Below, in pieces: positions 51,943 through 61,699 of a DNA stretch of 64,000 nt. Position numbers and translations under genes: made by a program. The notes under the pieces are model-generated. The model made no database searches. It was not told the DNA's origin and saw only the letters and a list, made by a program, of their open reading frames with translations. The stretch is from contig CBDCJV010000002.1 of assembly GCA_965217895.1 (NCBI GenBank), forward strand, positions 3,136,001-3,200,000. The letters run 5' to 3'. Position 1 is the first letter of the stretch. Each line of letters opens with the position of its first letter. Source of the DNA: Waterburya sp. Its GTDB lineage: Bacteria; Cyanobacteriota; Cyanobacteriia; Cyanobacteriales; Xenococcaceae.

Positions 51943-53298
51943 TTTCTCCTGCTCCCTACTGCCTAGCCAAAAAGGATTAACTCCCCGTTCGGCTAATACT
52001 GTCCAGGCGGTTGCACCAACATGAAGGCTGCGAAAATAAAGCCAGGGATTACCATCAGGCTGAACAAAACCCGTGGTCAAGGTGGTTTTATTGGTAGTGG
52101 GCATTCCACCTGATGGCTCTTGTCCAGCTTCAAGCATTGCCAAGACAGCCTCAGCTTTTCGGGGTTGATTTGTTGCTTGATATGCCAATGCCATTTGTGC
52201 CGTACCTTCGTACCAAATACCGTCCCTGTCTTGGTTAAAATCAAAACCCCCTGCAACTTTGTGATGCTGTTCGGCATATTCAAGACATTGCCAATAGGGT
52301 TTAGAGGTTGTTTTTAAAGCCAAAGGTGTCCAGGCTTGGGCATCTAAAGGAATGACTTCTCGGTAAATAGTGGCTCCATCGTCTTCTGTTCCCGTCCAAA
52401 AGTTGCCCGCGTCGCTATTCCACATAGCAAAGACAAACTGTTGAGCATAATTGGCTCGTTCTTGCCAAGCGGGTTCTTTGGTAAGCAGATAAAGTCGTGT
52501 AAAAGCTGCATAGAGATCGAGGTTGTGTTCGGTAGACTTGTAGCTCAACTTTGTTTGTTGCCCTTCCCAACCTGTGTAGCCTCCTGTATAGCCCCCCGCA
52601 CCCCTTAAATCGCGACAGTTTTGTTCGATCCACTGCCCAAGGGCGATCGCCGATTCTAAATATTCTTCTCCTCCATAGCTTTGGTAATATCCTAGTAATG
52701 CCAGCATTGCCCAGGCAACGTTGCCCGTATGAGTACTAACGTTAAACTCGTTTTCTTGCCAGCTTTTAGTAGACTCGTCATATTTGCCAGGAAGTAAAAA
52801 AGAAGTTGAGTCAGGATCAAATTTGCCTCCCTTGTAAGCATTGCGAATTCGTCCATCATGAAAAAAGCGATCGCCTTTTTGGGCTGCGACTAGAGTATTG
52901 ACTATTTGTTTGGCTCGTTCTCGGTCATCCGAAGCGATAAAAGCCAAAGCAGCAACGGCATTGTCATAGGTAAAAGCTACCTTTTGGGAAATCGAATCGA
53001 ACTCAGGACTGTTATCAATTGCTGCATAGCTAACCATAAAACCAAAGTCTTTTTTGCTGCTATCTTTACTGCTATTCTTATCAGTTTGGGTTGTTGTCAA
53101 AGAGCGATCAAATACTTCTGCTAGATAGCTATAGCTGTTGTTTTTTACTGTGGAATCAACAGAAAAATTATCGAAACCTATTAAAACAGTAATTGTAATT
53201 AAAACCAGACAAGAAAATTGAATAAGCCAGTGCGATCGCTTATAAATAGATTTTTGGAAATTATTAGTTAATAAAAACATTATTAAGTACCCAAACAA
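51940..53298 (-). CDS. Membrane-anchored or secreted (alpha/alpha)-barrel glycosidase-like protein, family unassigned
   Basis: N-terminal TM helix and motifs AFTYDNA, TGNVAW, KSTEHNLD, PLDAQAW, GIWYEGT and HVGATAW; next to a glucan synthase. Confidence 0.55.
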   Translation of the reverse strand: MFGYLIMFLLTNNFQKSIYKRSHWLIQFSCLVLITITVLIGFDNFSVDSTVKNNSYSYLAEVFDRSLTTTQTDKNSSKDSSKKDFGFMVSYAAIDNSPEFDSISQKVAFTYDNAVAALAFIASDDRERAKQIVNTLVAAQKGDRFFHDGRIRNAYKGGKFDPDSTSFLLPGKYDESTKSWQENEFNVSTHTGNVAWAMLALLGYYQSYGGEEYLESAIALGQWIEQNCRDLRGAGGYTGGYTGWEGQQTKLSYKSTEHNLDLYAAFTRLYLLTKEPAWQERANYAQQFVFAMWNSDAGNFWTGTEDDGATIYREVIPLDAQAWTPLALKTTSKPYWQCLEYAEQHHKVAGGFDFNQDRDGIWYEGTAQMALAYQATNQPRKAEAVLAMLEAGQEPSGGMPTTNKTTLTTGFVQPDGNPWLYFRSLHVGATAWTVLAERGVNPFWLGSREQEK

Positions 53299-53415
53299 AA
53301 TAAATTACACATTTAATTTCCCCTTTTCCCTTTTCCCTTTTCCCTAAAACAGTATATGCGGACAAGTTCTTTAGCTAAAAAACTATGGGTTTCAAAGTAG
53401 ATGCGATTTATATAG

Positions 53416-55590
53416 CTAATTATTAAAATTTCTAGTTAAAGGATAAATACGAAAGATTGAACTAATCAAAGACCAGACAGATTTAACCTCACTGATTGAT
53501 TGTTTTTGCCATCGATTTGGTTGACCAAAAATAAAGCTAACTAATTTTCTTTGTTTACTCAGATCTAATTCAACAAAATCGATTTCTGCTAATAAGTTGC
53601 TTTGTCGATCTAAATTAACTTTGTCGATTGAAACAGGAGCATTAAATAAACCAATCTCAGGAATGTTTAAAGTAGCAATTCGCTCTACAGCATTTAAAGA
53701 AGTGAGATTGTTAATATTAAAAAAAGTTGTTGCGCCATGCTCAGATAAGCTTTTGGTAGTGCCGTCAAGTATTCTATCCTCGAACGTTAGTTGACAATTT
53801 AGCTGACAGGGAAAGCGAATTGCTAAAACTTTTTGGGGTACGTCGATCGCAATCAAGATTGCAATAAATAAAATGGCGGTGTTATAAATAGCCCAAAACA
53901 AACCAATACCAACTGAATCTAAATCTTGTTGCCATTGCCAGTTAAGAAACTGAGTGCCAATAGTTACTAAATAAAGCAGAAACAAGATTATTAAAGGGCT
54001 GGCAGCCTGCCAATTTAAGACGGCTTTTTTTGAGAATACTCCTTTAGGAGTGACTTTAAAACCTTTACCAAAAGGATTAATTAAAGTATTGATCACCATA
54101 AAAGCGATGGGAAAGGCAATAATTGCTCCATATACTTCCGCCCAAAAAAACGAACGTCTGCTACCATTTAGCCAAGCGAAAACTACGGCAAAAGTAAAGT
54201 AATAAGGCATAAAAAAGAACAGCAGTTCGCTAAAGCTAGCTTGAATAGGTGCAATTCCCCACCAAAAGTACCCTAGAGGTAAACACAGAAAAACGACATA
54301 GGCAGCAGATTGAAACCAGTAGAGAATGCCCAAGCCGTGAATAAAACGCTGTAACCAGTTCAAACCTGGCAAGATAAAAGGATTAGCTCGACAAAATAAA
54401 GTTTGAATCGTTCCCTGTCCCCAACGTAAACGCTGATCGATATAGCCACCAATATTTTCCGCTGCTAGTCCTGCTGAGAGAGATTCATTTAGATAAATAA
54501 CGCGATCGCCTATTGCCTGAATCTTGAGAGAGGTTACAAAGTCTTCAGTCAAAGTTTCGGTGGGAATACCGCCGATCTTGTCTAAAACTCGACGACGCAC
54601 CACGAAAGAAGAACCACAGCAGATAACTGAATTAGCTGCATCACGACCTGAGAGAATCGCCCCAAAAAAGATATCTTCGTCGTTGGTAATAACGCTTTGC
54701 AAGCCCAAATTATGTCGGATGGGGTCGCTATTGTAGTAGGCTTTGTTGGTTTGTACCAGAGCAATATCTGACTGTTGAAAAAAGCCAATGGTGCGGGTCA
54801 GAAAGTTGCGTGTAGGAATAAAGTCGCAGTCAAATACGGCTACTAATTCGCCCTGGATTTGTCCTAAAGCGTGGTTAATATTACCTGCTTTAGCGTGACG
54901 GTTATCGGGACGAGTAATATAATAACAGCCCAATTCTTGAGCCAAATCTCTCATTTCCCGTCGGCGCAGATCATCAAGGAGATAAATTCGTTTGTGGGCA
55001 TAGTCCATTCCCTGACAGCCAATAATTGTTCGGCGCAGCATAGCAGCAGGCTCGTTATAGGTAGGGACGAGAACATCTATCCAGGGAGTATATTCCCCTT
55101 GCAATACAGCTTGGGATCTAAAATCTGCCTCGATAGCGCGATCGCGTTCAAAAACAGCCAATAACAGCGAAGAAATACCCAAAATCCAGCCTAAAATCTC
55201 TAAAATTAACAGAAAAATACTGAGGGTGCCGTTGAGCAAGTTATCTAAATTGAGGGTGGCAAACAGTCGCCATAAAAAATAGCGTCCTAACAACAATAGC
55301 AAAATGCCCATTACTATCAATCGTAACCATTTTGGCGGATTTACTGGATATAGCTGAATAATGAGAAAAGTAACTGCAACCCCGACCAAACTAGGTAAAA
55401 TCAGAGAACTGGTTTCAGGTGCAACGCTGCCAAAAGTTAGCTGACTACCCTGCCAAAAACTAGACAATTCGGCAGTTGTTCCCCACCAATTTATTTTTGT
55501 CAACAGCAGAAACAAAATTCCTCCTGTCGCCGTAACTACTATTCCCTGTTCGATCAATGTCCACCAACTAGCTTTTAGTTTATTTGCCAC
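53416..55590 (-). CDS. Cellulose-synthase-like processive GT2 (BcsA/XcsA type) with a PilZ-like C-terminus
   Basis: Motifs PTYNE, LLDD, HAKAGN, FDCD, CCGS, TED, QRLRW and FKVTPKG. Confidence 0.9.
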   Translation of the reverse strand: MANKLKASWWTLIEQGIVVTATGGILFLLLTKINWWGTTAELSSFWQGSQLTFGSVAPETSSLILPSLVGVAVTFLIIQLYPVNPPKWLRLIVMGILLLLLGRYFLWRLFATLNLDNLLNGTLSIFLLILEILGWILGISSLLLAVFERDRAIEADFRSQAVLQGEYTPWIDVLVPTYNEPAAMLRRTIIGCQGMDYAHKRIYLLDDLRRREMRDLAQELGCYYITRPDNRHAKAGNINHALGQIQGELVAVFDCDFIPTRNFLTRTIGFFQQSDIALVQTNKAYYNSDPIRHNLGLQSVITNDEDIFFGAILSGRDAANSVICCGSSFVVRRRVLDKIGGIPTETLTEDFVTSLKIQAIGDRVIYLNESLSAGLAAENIGGYIDQRLRWGQGTIQTLFCRANPFILPGLNWLQRFIHGLGILYWFQSAAYVVFLCLPLGYFWWGIAPIQASFSELLFFFMPYYFTFAVVFAWLNGSRRSFFWAEVYGAIIAFPIAFMVINTLINPFGKGFKVTPKGVFSKKAVLNWQAASPLIILFLLYLVTIGTQFLNWQWQQDLDSVGIGLFWAIYNTAILFIAILIAIDVPQKVLAIRFPCQLNCQLTFEDRILDGTTKSLSEHGATTFFNINNLTSLNAVERIATLNIPEIGLFNAPVSIDKVNLDRQSNLLAEIDFVELDLSKQRKLVSFIFGQPNRWQKQSISEVKSVWSLISSIFRIYPLTRNFNN

Positions 55591-56929
55591 CGAACAATCC
55601 CCCTCTTATGTCACGTTTAAAAACTACTTCCGCACTACGTCCTACATCACAGAACTGTGTCGAATTAGCCTCAAGCGGTCGATCTAGCTTTACTCTTACT
55701 GCTACCTGACGGCGGACGCTATCTGGTGGCGGTACGGCAATATCTCCTCCTGTTTGAATCCGTCCCGAACCTGCCCGAACCGACTCAACTTTTCCACTGA
55801 CCAAATCACCATTTTCTGCACCCAATAAACGCACCTTGACAGGTTTACCTGGATAAATTTTTCCTGCATCCTGCTCGGAGAAAAAGGCTTCTACCCAAAG
55901 GTTTTGACAGTTTAATACCTCCAAAATGGGAACACTCGCTTCAGCGTATTCGCCCGATTTCGATTCCACCGACCAAATAGGACCACTGGTGGGACTAGGA
56001 ATCTTGGCCTGTTGATTGAGTGACAACTGGCGATCTATTTCAACTAATTCGGCCTCAGTAGTTTGCTGGCGCACCCTTGCTTCAGCAAGCTGCTGCTGCA
56101 TATCATTGATGTCAGTACTAAGTTCTCGCTGACGAATCTCTGAATATCCCAAAGTACGAGAACCTTCTAACTGTAATCCTGCTTGGGCTGCTTTTGCCTT
56201 TTGTTTGGCTTGGTTTACTTGCAATCGCGCATTTTTTACTTCGTTTTGAGCGCGATTAAAATTCAACTGAGATCTTTCTAACTTATCTTGAGAAAACACC
56301 CCCTGTTTAGCTAAATTAGTGATGCGTTCTAGCTCTTTTTTAGCAGTATTGGCAGCAAATAAAGCTCGATCTAGCTGATTTTTAGCAATATCTATTTGTT
56401 GATCTTCATAGTTCACTCCCAAGTCTTGTTGAGTGTTAGCTTCCTGCTCTAATTTAGCGATCGCTTTACGGCGATCGCCAATTTGCGCTTCAACACCAAG
56501 TACAGTTTGTTTTGCCTGTTCGATCTGGGAAATAAGACTTTGCTTGGTTACTTCAAGTTCACTGCTTTGACGTAAATTTTTTACCGTACCAATGTTTTCC
56601 CCGACAGAAATAGACTGACCTGGCTGGAGATTTTTTAGCTGTAAATTACCAGCAAGAGGATTGCGAACTTTGACAATTTCGGCATTAATAAATGCCTGAC
56701 GACTACGCACATTTGAATAGTTCTGCTGTACCATAAGTCCAACTGCTGTGGCTACACCCAATGCCATCACTAAACGTAAAGCTCGAAATGCTTTTACCCG
56801 CACAGGAACTGATGCAGGTGGTAGAGGTTTGTATTGAACCAGAGGTAGTTTCTCTAATCTGGTTAGAGATGTTTTAGATTCTGGTTCGGGCAATTCGGGT
56901 AATTTATTGGCTGATTTACGATTGGACAA
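55580..56929 (-). CDS. HlyD-family membrane fusion protein
   Basis: One N-terminal TM helix, a long coiled coil and a barrel-sandwich IPSPTSG; overlaps the GT2 start. Confidence 0.85.
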   Translation of the reverse strand: MSNRKSANKLPELPEPESKTSLTRLEKLPLVQYKPLPPASVPVRVKAFRALRLVMALGVATAVGLMVQQNYSNVRSRQAFINAEIVKVRNPLAGNLQLKNLQPGQSISVGENIGTVKNLRQSSELEVTKQSLISQIEQAKQTVLGVEAQIGDRRKAIAKLEQEANTQQDLGVNYEDQQIDIAKNQLDRALFAANTAKKELERITNLAKQGVFSQDKLERSQLNFNRAQNEVKNARLQVNQAKQKAKAAQAGLQLEGSRTLGYSEIRQRELSTDINDMQQQLAEARVRQQTTEAELVEIDRQLSLNQQAKIPSPTSGPIWSVESKSGEYAEASVPILEVLNCQNLWVEAFFSEQDAGKIYPGKPVKVRLLGAENGDLVSGKVESVRAGSGRIQTGGDIAVPPPDSVRRQVAVRVKLDRPLEANSTQFCDVGRSAEVVFKRDIRGGLFGGK

Positions 56930-56974
56930 GCTTCTCTCCCCAATTACTTATTTAAAATATTCAAAAAAAACCTT

Positions 56975-57991
56975 TTAGGCGATCGCAACCCGATTGGAAG
57001 GTGTATCCTCTCCTGTAGCTGATTTAGCAAAACAATTGTGAGCATCAAAAAACTTTAGTTGTCGATAGAGCATTGATACTTGGGGCATCTGTATCCCTAC
57101 CTGCCAAGCCGTTCGTAAGGGATTACCAAAAATAGCCTCTACTTCAAGCGATCGCCCTTGATTAAAATCGATTTTCATGCTGGTTTCATAGTCTTTCATC
57201 GCTGCACTTTGTTTAATTCGTTTTTGAACGAACACTTCGGGAATATAGCGACCATAAGCCTTGGCTGCGGTAACTATTTCCGCCATTAACTGTTCGATAG
57301 AAGTGCGAACGTGAGCGTTATTAAACATTTCTTGATTGGTAGAATTCAAAACCACCGAAAGACCATTAACAGGGATATTGCAGATTAGCTTTTGCCAACG
57401 AGCCAAAAATAAGTCTTCATGTAGCTGAATCATCACATCAGCTAGAGCAAAGTCGGCTGCAATCTGACACATTCTGCTACTGACTCCCGCAGCACGATAG
57501 CCAGGAACATAATCTGCTAAGGTAATCAAACCATAGTCGAGATGACGAATATGTCCTGGTGCGATCTTATAGTTCAGAGTAAAACAAACGCCTCCCATCA
57601 CGCGATCGCTACCTATAATCTCAGCAATCTCCTCTTCCATACCCCAGCCATTTTGCAGCACCAGCACCACGCCGTTATTTTTAAGAACTTGAGGCAAGAT
57701 TTGGGGCAGTAAATGATTACTGGTAGTTTTGAGAGCAACAATAACTACATCACAAGGAGGCATCTGGCTAGCGTTGTTGTAAGCTCGAACAGAAGGTAAA
57801 GTAAAATCGCCGTCGGGAGATTCAATAATCAATCCGTGTTGGCAAACGTGGCTAAAATCGCGATTTAACAGAAAATGTACGTCAAAGCCCGCTCTTTGTA
57901 AACAAGCACCGTAGAAAGCACCGATCGCTCCAGTGCCAATAATGGCGTAGCTACGACGGTCATCGGTCGTTGAGCATTTATCATTTATCAT
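56975..57991 (-). CDS. 2-dehydropantoate 2-reductase (ApbA/PanE) family protein
   Basis: Motifs IIGTGAIG, LQNG, RWQKL and TSMKIDF...LEVEAI. Confidence 0.85.
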   Translation of the reverse strand: MINDKCSTTDDRRSYAIIGTGAIGAFYGACLQRAGFDVHFLLNRDFSHVCQHGLIIESPDGDFTLPSVRAYNNASQMPPCDVVIVALKTTSNHLLPQILPQVLKNNGVVLVLQNGWGMEEEIAEIIGSDRVMGGVCFTLNYKIAPGHIRHLDYGLITLADYVPGYRAAGVSSRMCQIAADFALADVMIQLHEDLFLARWQKLICNIPVNGLSVVLNSTNQEMFNNAHVRTSIEQLMAEIVTAAKAYGRYIPEVFVQKRIKQSAAMKDYETSMKIDFNQGRSLEVEAIFGNPLRTAWQVGIQMPQVSMLYRQLKFFDAHNCFAKSATGEDTPSNRVAIA

Positions 57992-58785
57992 TTGCCAGTA
58001 TTCCTACTTCCTACAGAAACGCCTAAGCAAAATTCTTTAATCTCTCGCGCTACTTTGGCTGGTTGTTCTACCTGTAAATAGTGACCCGCATCGGCAATGT
58101 TCACCAAATGGGCATTAGGCATTTGTTTGGCTAACAATTTTCCTTTGCGGGGAGAAATAATTACATCATCACCGCCAGTTAAAATCAAGGCGGGAATTCG
58201 TACAGAAGAGATCGCCTCACTTAAATCGATTTGACTAATACCCATAAAGTCATTCGCAGCTTTGCTCAAACGAGTATGTTTAAACTCATTTAAAACCAAA
58301 TTTTTGACCTCTTCTGGTACTTCAGGGGCAAAACTTTGCCCTAGGGTTGCCAAATCCCATTCTCCACTGATAGCCGATGCCCAAAAGTCGGGATGAAGCT
58401 GAATCTTGGCTGCTGTGGTCATCAAAATTAGTCGTGTGACTCGTTGAGGATAAGACAAGGCAAACTGTAGCCCGATCAAACCGCCCAATGATTGACCAAC
58501 GTAGCAAATTGGCTGTTCGATATTTAGTGCCGTCAAGAAAGCTGCTAAAAAATCGGCAACCTCTGTTAAAGAATTAGGAACTGTTCCAGATGTGTTCCCG
58601 TGTCCTGGCAAGTCTACCGCTATCGAACAAATACTACTATCCAATTGAGACATCATTGGCAACCAATGACGGCTACTGCCCCCCGCCCCGTGTACCAGCA
58701 ACATCAAGGATTCTGTATCAGGACTAGGTAATCCTTGAGGGGCTATATAATTGACGTTGTAATCTGCAACTTTTATTGATGGCAT
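57988..58785 (-). CDS. Alpha/beta hydrolase
   Basis: HGAGG, DLPGHG, nucleophile elbow GQSLGG, and catalytic D (GGDD) and H (AGH). Confidence 0.9.
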   Translation of the reverse strand: MPSIKVADYNVNYIAPQGLPSPDTESLMLLVHGAGGSSRHWLPMMSQLDSSICSIAVDLPGHGNTSGTVPNSLTEVADFLAAFLTALNIEQPICYVGQSLGGLIGLQFALSYPQRVTRLILMTTAAKIQLHPDFWASAISGEWDLATLGQSFAPEVPEEVKNLVLNEFKHTRLSKAANDFMGISQIDLSEAISSVRIPALILTGGDDVIISPRKGKLLAKQMPNAHLVNIADAGHYLQVEQPAKVAREIKEFCLGVSVGSRNTGK

Positions 58786-58872
58786 AATTTTAAAAGGATG
58801 AGGAATAAGGAAAGAAGTGCAGCTATGGCAAGAAGGCTAAAAAACTAACCGCTACTCTTTACTTGCTACTTC

Positions 58873-60252
58873 CTACTCCCTACTCTCCCGTACGCGCGAA
58901 CGGCCGTTCGCCCGTACTTCTGACTTCTCTTCAGATTCCATCACAATACTAGACAGCATCGTGTTCATCTTATTGACTGATTCAATATATTCTTTTTCGG
59001 GAACAGATTCGCCGACGATTCCCGCCCCAGCATTAAGATACACGCTGTCACCATATTGATATGCCGAACGAATGGCGATCGCAATATCTGCCGTACCGTC
59101 GCTATCTACCCAGCCAATGCCACCTGCATAGAGTCCTCTGGGTCGATCTTCAAGGCGATCAATCCACTCCAAAGCCAGTTTTTTATTAATTCCTGAAACG
59201 GTAATCCCAGGAAATAGCACCTTCAAAGCATCCCACAGAGATTTGTCAGTTTTAAGCTGTCCGCCAACCCGCGAGGAAAGATGTTGAACGGTACGATATT
59301 TTTTAACTTCCATAAAGTCAAATACCTGTACGGTTTCTGGTTGACATACTTGCGTCACCTCTTTTTGAGCTAGCCAAACAGATAAAGCGTGTTCTTTAAC
59401 TTCTTTAGCATCGGTAAACAGTTCATCATGGAGCAAAGCATCTTTGGCGGGATCGGCTTCGCGATGTCTAGTTCCCGCTAAAGGATTAGTAATTACAAAT
59501 CCGCTAGCATTGACCTCCATCAAAATCTCAGGACTAAAACCAACCGAACGCACATCTCCTAACTTAAAACAGTAAGAACGAGCCGAGTTGTTGACCGCAG
59601 CACCCATGTTATAAGTACCCAGTACGTCTAAGTTGCCTTTGACTTCTACTGAACGAGAGATAATTGCCTTGTGTAATTCGCCCCGTTGAATTGCCGAAAC
59701 TAGATCGCCGACTCTTGACTCATATTCTTGGTTGTCCCCTGGTTCTGCCTTTGGCGGGGTTACTTGATATTCTGGCTGTTGAACTTCAACAGATATTGCC
59801 TCTAATAGTTTCGAGGGAGAATTGATGCTACGAATATGTACTCCTTTATCTGTAATTCGTAGCTCAATTTCTGGCACAAAAAAATAAAGCATCGGCTGGG
59901 AGATCGCCTTTGAGTATGCCGAATAGAACCGAGCAATATCAAAACCGACATAGCCATAAGCCGTCCAATTTTCTACGGGTAGATGACTCAACACCGACTC
60001 TACCTGCTTGAGCGGATCGCTGACAGCTTCAGAATAAGTTTCACCTAAATAGTTACTGTAAATTGTGTCCGTTCCCACCGCCACATCAGCCAAGGGATTA
60101 GCAACAATACGCACCTCGTTTTCCTGCTCATACAGCATATAGTCAGTGAATATATCGGCTGCGATCGCATTCCTCAGCAGCATCTGAGGGTCAGTTTTAC
60201 CTGGAACAAAGACTTCGTGATAGGTCTGTAAATTATCGGCTAGTAAATACAT
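58873..60252 (-). CDS. Salicylate synthase (Irp9/MbtI-type MST enzyme)
   Basis: HKAIISR, ARSYCF, GFSPE, TNPLAGTR, KEVKEHALSV, VQHLSSRV, LFPGITVSGI and AGAGIV. These match the Irp9/MbtI pattern better than TrpE or MenF. Confidence 0.85.
   Translation of the reverse strand: MYLLADNLQTYHEVFVPGKTDPQMLLRNAIAADIFTDYMLYEQENEVRIVANPLADVAVGTDTIYSNYLGETYSEAVSDPLKQVESVLSHLPVENWTAYGYVGFDIARFYSAYSKAISQPMLYFFVPEIELRITDKGVHIRSINSPSKLLEAISVEVQQPEYQVTPPKAEPGDNQEYESRVGDLVSAIQRGELHKAIISRSVEVKGNLDVLGTYNMGAAVNNSARSYCFKLGDVRSVGFSPEILMEVNASGFVITNPLAGTRHREADPAKDALLHDELFTDAKEVKEHALSVWLAQKEVTQVCQPETVQVFDFMEVKKYRTVQHLSSRVGGQLKTDKSLWDALKVLFPGITVSGINKKLALEWIDRLEDRPRGLYAGGIGWVDSDGTADIAIAIRSAYQYGDSVYLNAGAGIVGESVPEKEYIESVNKMNTMLSSIVMESEEKSEVRANGRSRVRESRE
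58890..58917. repeat. 28-bp REP-like palindrome inside the 3' end of the salicylate synthase gene
   Basis: GTACGCGCGAACGGCCGTTCGCCCGTAC. Confidence 0.7.
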
Positions 60253-60290
60253 GATTAGTTGTTAGTTGTTGATTAAGGAAAAAAATAGTA

Positions 60291-60785
60291 TTAAACGGCA
60301 ACTGTTTGTGGTTTTGATTCTTCGGCAGTCCAAGCTTCAACTGCTTCTTTAATTGCCTGCATCTGAACTTTTGTATTGCGATTGAGAAATGACTCCATTT
60401 TTTCTACTGCCCATGCGCCTTCTGCTGGTGCAAATTTCTGCTCCCAGGTCATGACTGTACCGACGTTTTGCGGTAGCTCCTCATAAGTCCAGTAGATTTT
60501 CATCATCTCAAATGGAAAAGCCTGCTTGACTCGTTGCGCTTCGGCTTTTTTGCCAGGCTTATCGATGATGCGAGTCGAAACCCAAGTGCGAGAAGGATGA
60601 TCCTCTTCGGGAAAAGTAGTCAGTTGAAACGTTACTTTGTTGCCGTCTCTTTCTAAAACTTTGGCTTCTTCATACTCAGTAAATAGCTGAGGCCATAGTT
60701 CGATATTATTAGTCAAATCAAAAACGGTATCAAAGTCTTTGAGGATGACAATGGTATTGTGAGTGTATCCAGGTAATTCTGACAT
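60291..60785 (-). CDS. Polyketide aromatase/cyclase (SRPBCC; WhiE-ORFVI/TcmN type)
   Basis: GYTHNTIVI..VFDLTNNIELWPQLFTEY..VLERDGNKVTFQL..WVSTR..PFEMMKIYWTY..GTVMTWEQKF..NRNTKVQM parallels WhiE-VI along its whole length. Confidence 0.85.
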   Translation of the reverse strand: MSELPGYTHNTIVILKDFDTVFDLTNNIELWPQLFTEYEEAKVLERDGNKVTFQLTTFPEEDHPSRTWVSTRIIDKPGKKAEAQRVKQAFPFEMMKIYWTYEELPQNVGTVMTWEQKFAPAEGAWAVEKMESFLNRNTKVQMQAIKEAVEAWTAEESKPQTVAV

Positions 60786-60850
60786 TTATTTGTTGCTCCT
60801 ATTTAAATTTATTAATTGAAAAAAAACAGAGGTGTTGTAGAGCTACTTCC

Positions 60851-60878
60851 GTACGGGCGATTCGCGAATCGCCCGTAC
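60851..60878. repeat. Perfect 28-bp REP-like palindrome
   Basis: GTACGGGCGATTCGCGAATCGCCCGTAC is its own reverse complement. Confidence 0.8.
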
Positions 60879-60913
60879 TGTACTTATTACTTTTCTCTTT
60901 ATCCCTCATTGCT

Positions 60914-61699
60914 TTAGGGAACTATTCCTACCGCCCGAACCCAGCTAGCGTCTAGGTCTTTGATCTTTAAAGGAAAACAGGATACCTGAAAGCCCGTAGA
61001 GGGCAAACTATCTAAATTTGCTAGGCGTTCGATCTGGATGTATTCTCGTTCTCGTCCGTAAAAGTGTGCCGGCCAAAGGTTAGCGCGATCGCCTGTTTCC
61101 CAGAAGTCTTCGAGCATGGTTACAAAGGGGCGATCGAATCCATAGGTATCGATGCCGATCACTTTAATTCCCTGTTTTACCAGCCATTCGGTAGCCTCAC
61201 GGCTCATCCCAGGAGCGTCGCTAAAGTATTCCCGTTTGCCCCACAGCTTATCTGTTCCCGTCCAAAGTAAAACTATGTCTAAAGGTTTTAGTTCGTGTTG
61301 GGCTTGCTGGAGAGCGTTTTGAATATCCTCAACGGTGATAAATTCTCCCGCTTTTTTATGAGTTAAATCTAAACGAACTCCAGGACGATAAAACCAATCT
61401 AGAGGGAGAAGGTCTACGCTGCGAGCGGGTTGACCTTCACTCTCCACACCATAGTGAATTGGTGCATCAATATGAGTACCCATGTGGGTGGGTAAGGTTA
61501 CCGTATCGAGGGTAATAAAAGCGCGATCGGGAAAATCTTCTACCCCTAGGCGACGAGGATCGGATTTAGCTTGGTTACGAGCTTCTACCTTGCCGCAAAA
61601 CTCCTTTGCCCCTCGATAATGATCCAGTCGGTCTACCTTTATTTCTAAAGGTTCAGAAACCGAATTTTCGACTAAGACACTAAGATCGACTAGCTGCAC
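60914..61699 (-). CDS. Cyclase family protein (kynurenine formamidase-like fold, as in type II PKS cyclases)
   Basis: Motifs THMGTHIDAPIHY, GIDTYGFD, LWPAH, IERLANL and ASWVRAV. GTG start placed at 61699. Confidence 0.85.
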   Translation of the reverse strand: MQLVDLSVLVENSVSEPLEIKVDRLDHYRGAKEFCGKVEARNQAKSDPRRLGVEDFPDRAFITLDTVTLPTHMGTHIDAPIHYGVESEGQPARSVDLLPLDWFYRPGVRLDLTHKKAGEFITVEDIQNALQQAQHELKPLDIVLLWTGTDKLWGKREYFSDAPGMSREATEWLVKQGIKVIGIDTYGFDRPFVTMLEDFWETGDRANLWPAHFYGREREYIQIERLANLDSLPSTGFQVSCFPLKIKDLDASWVRAVGIVP

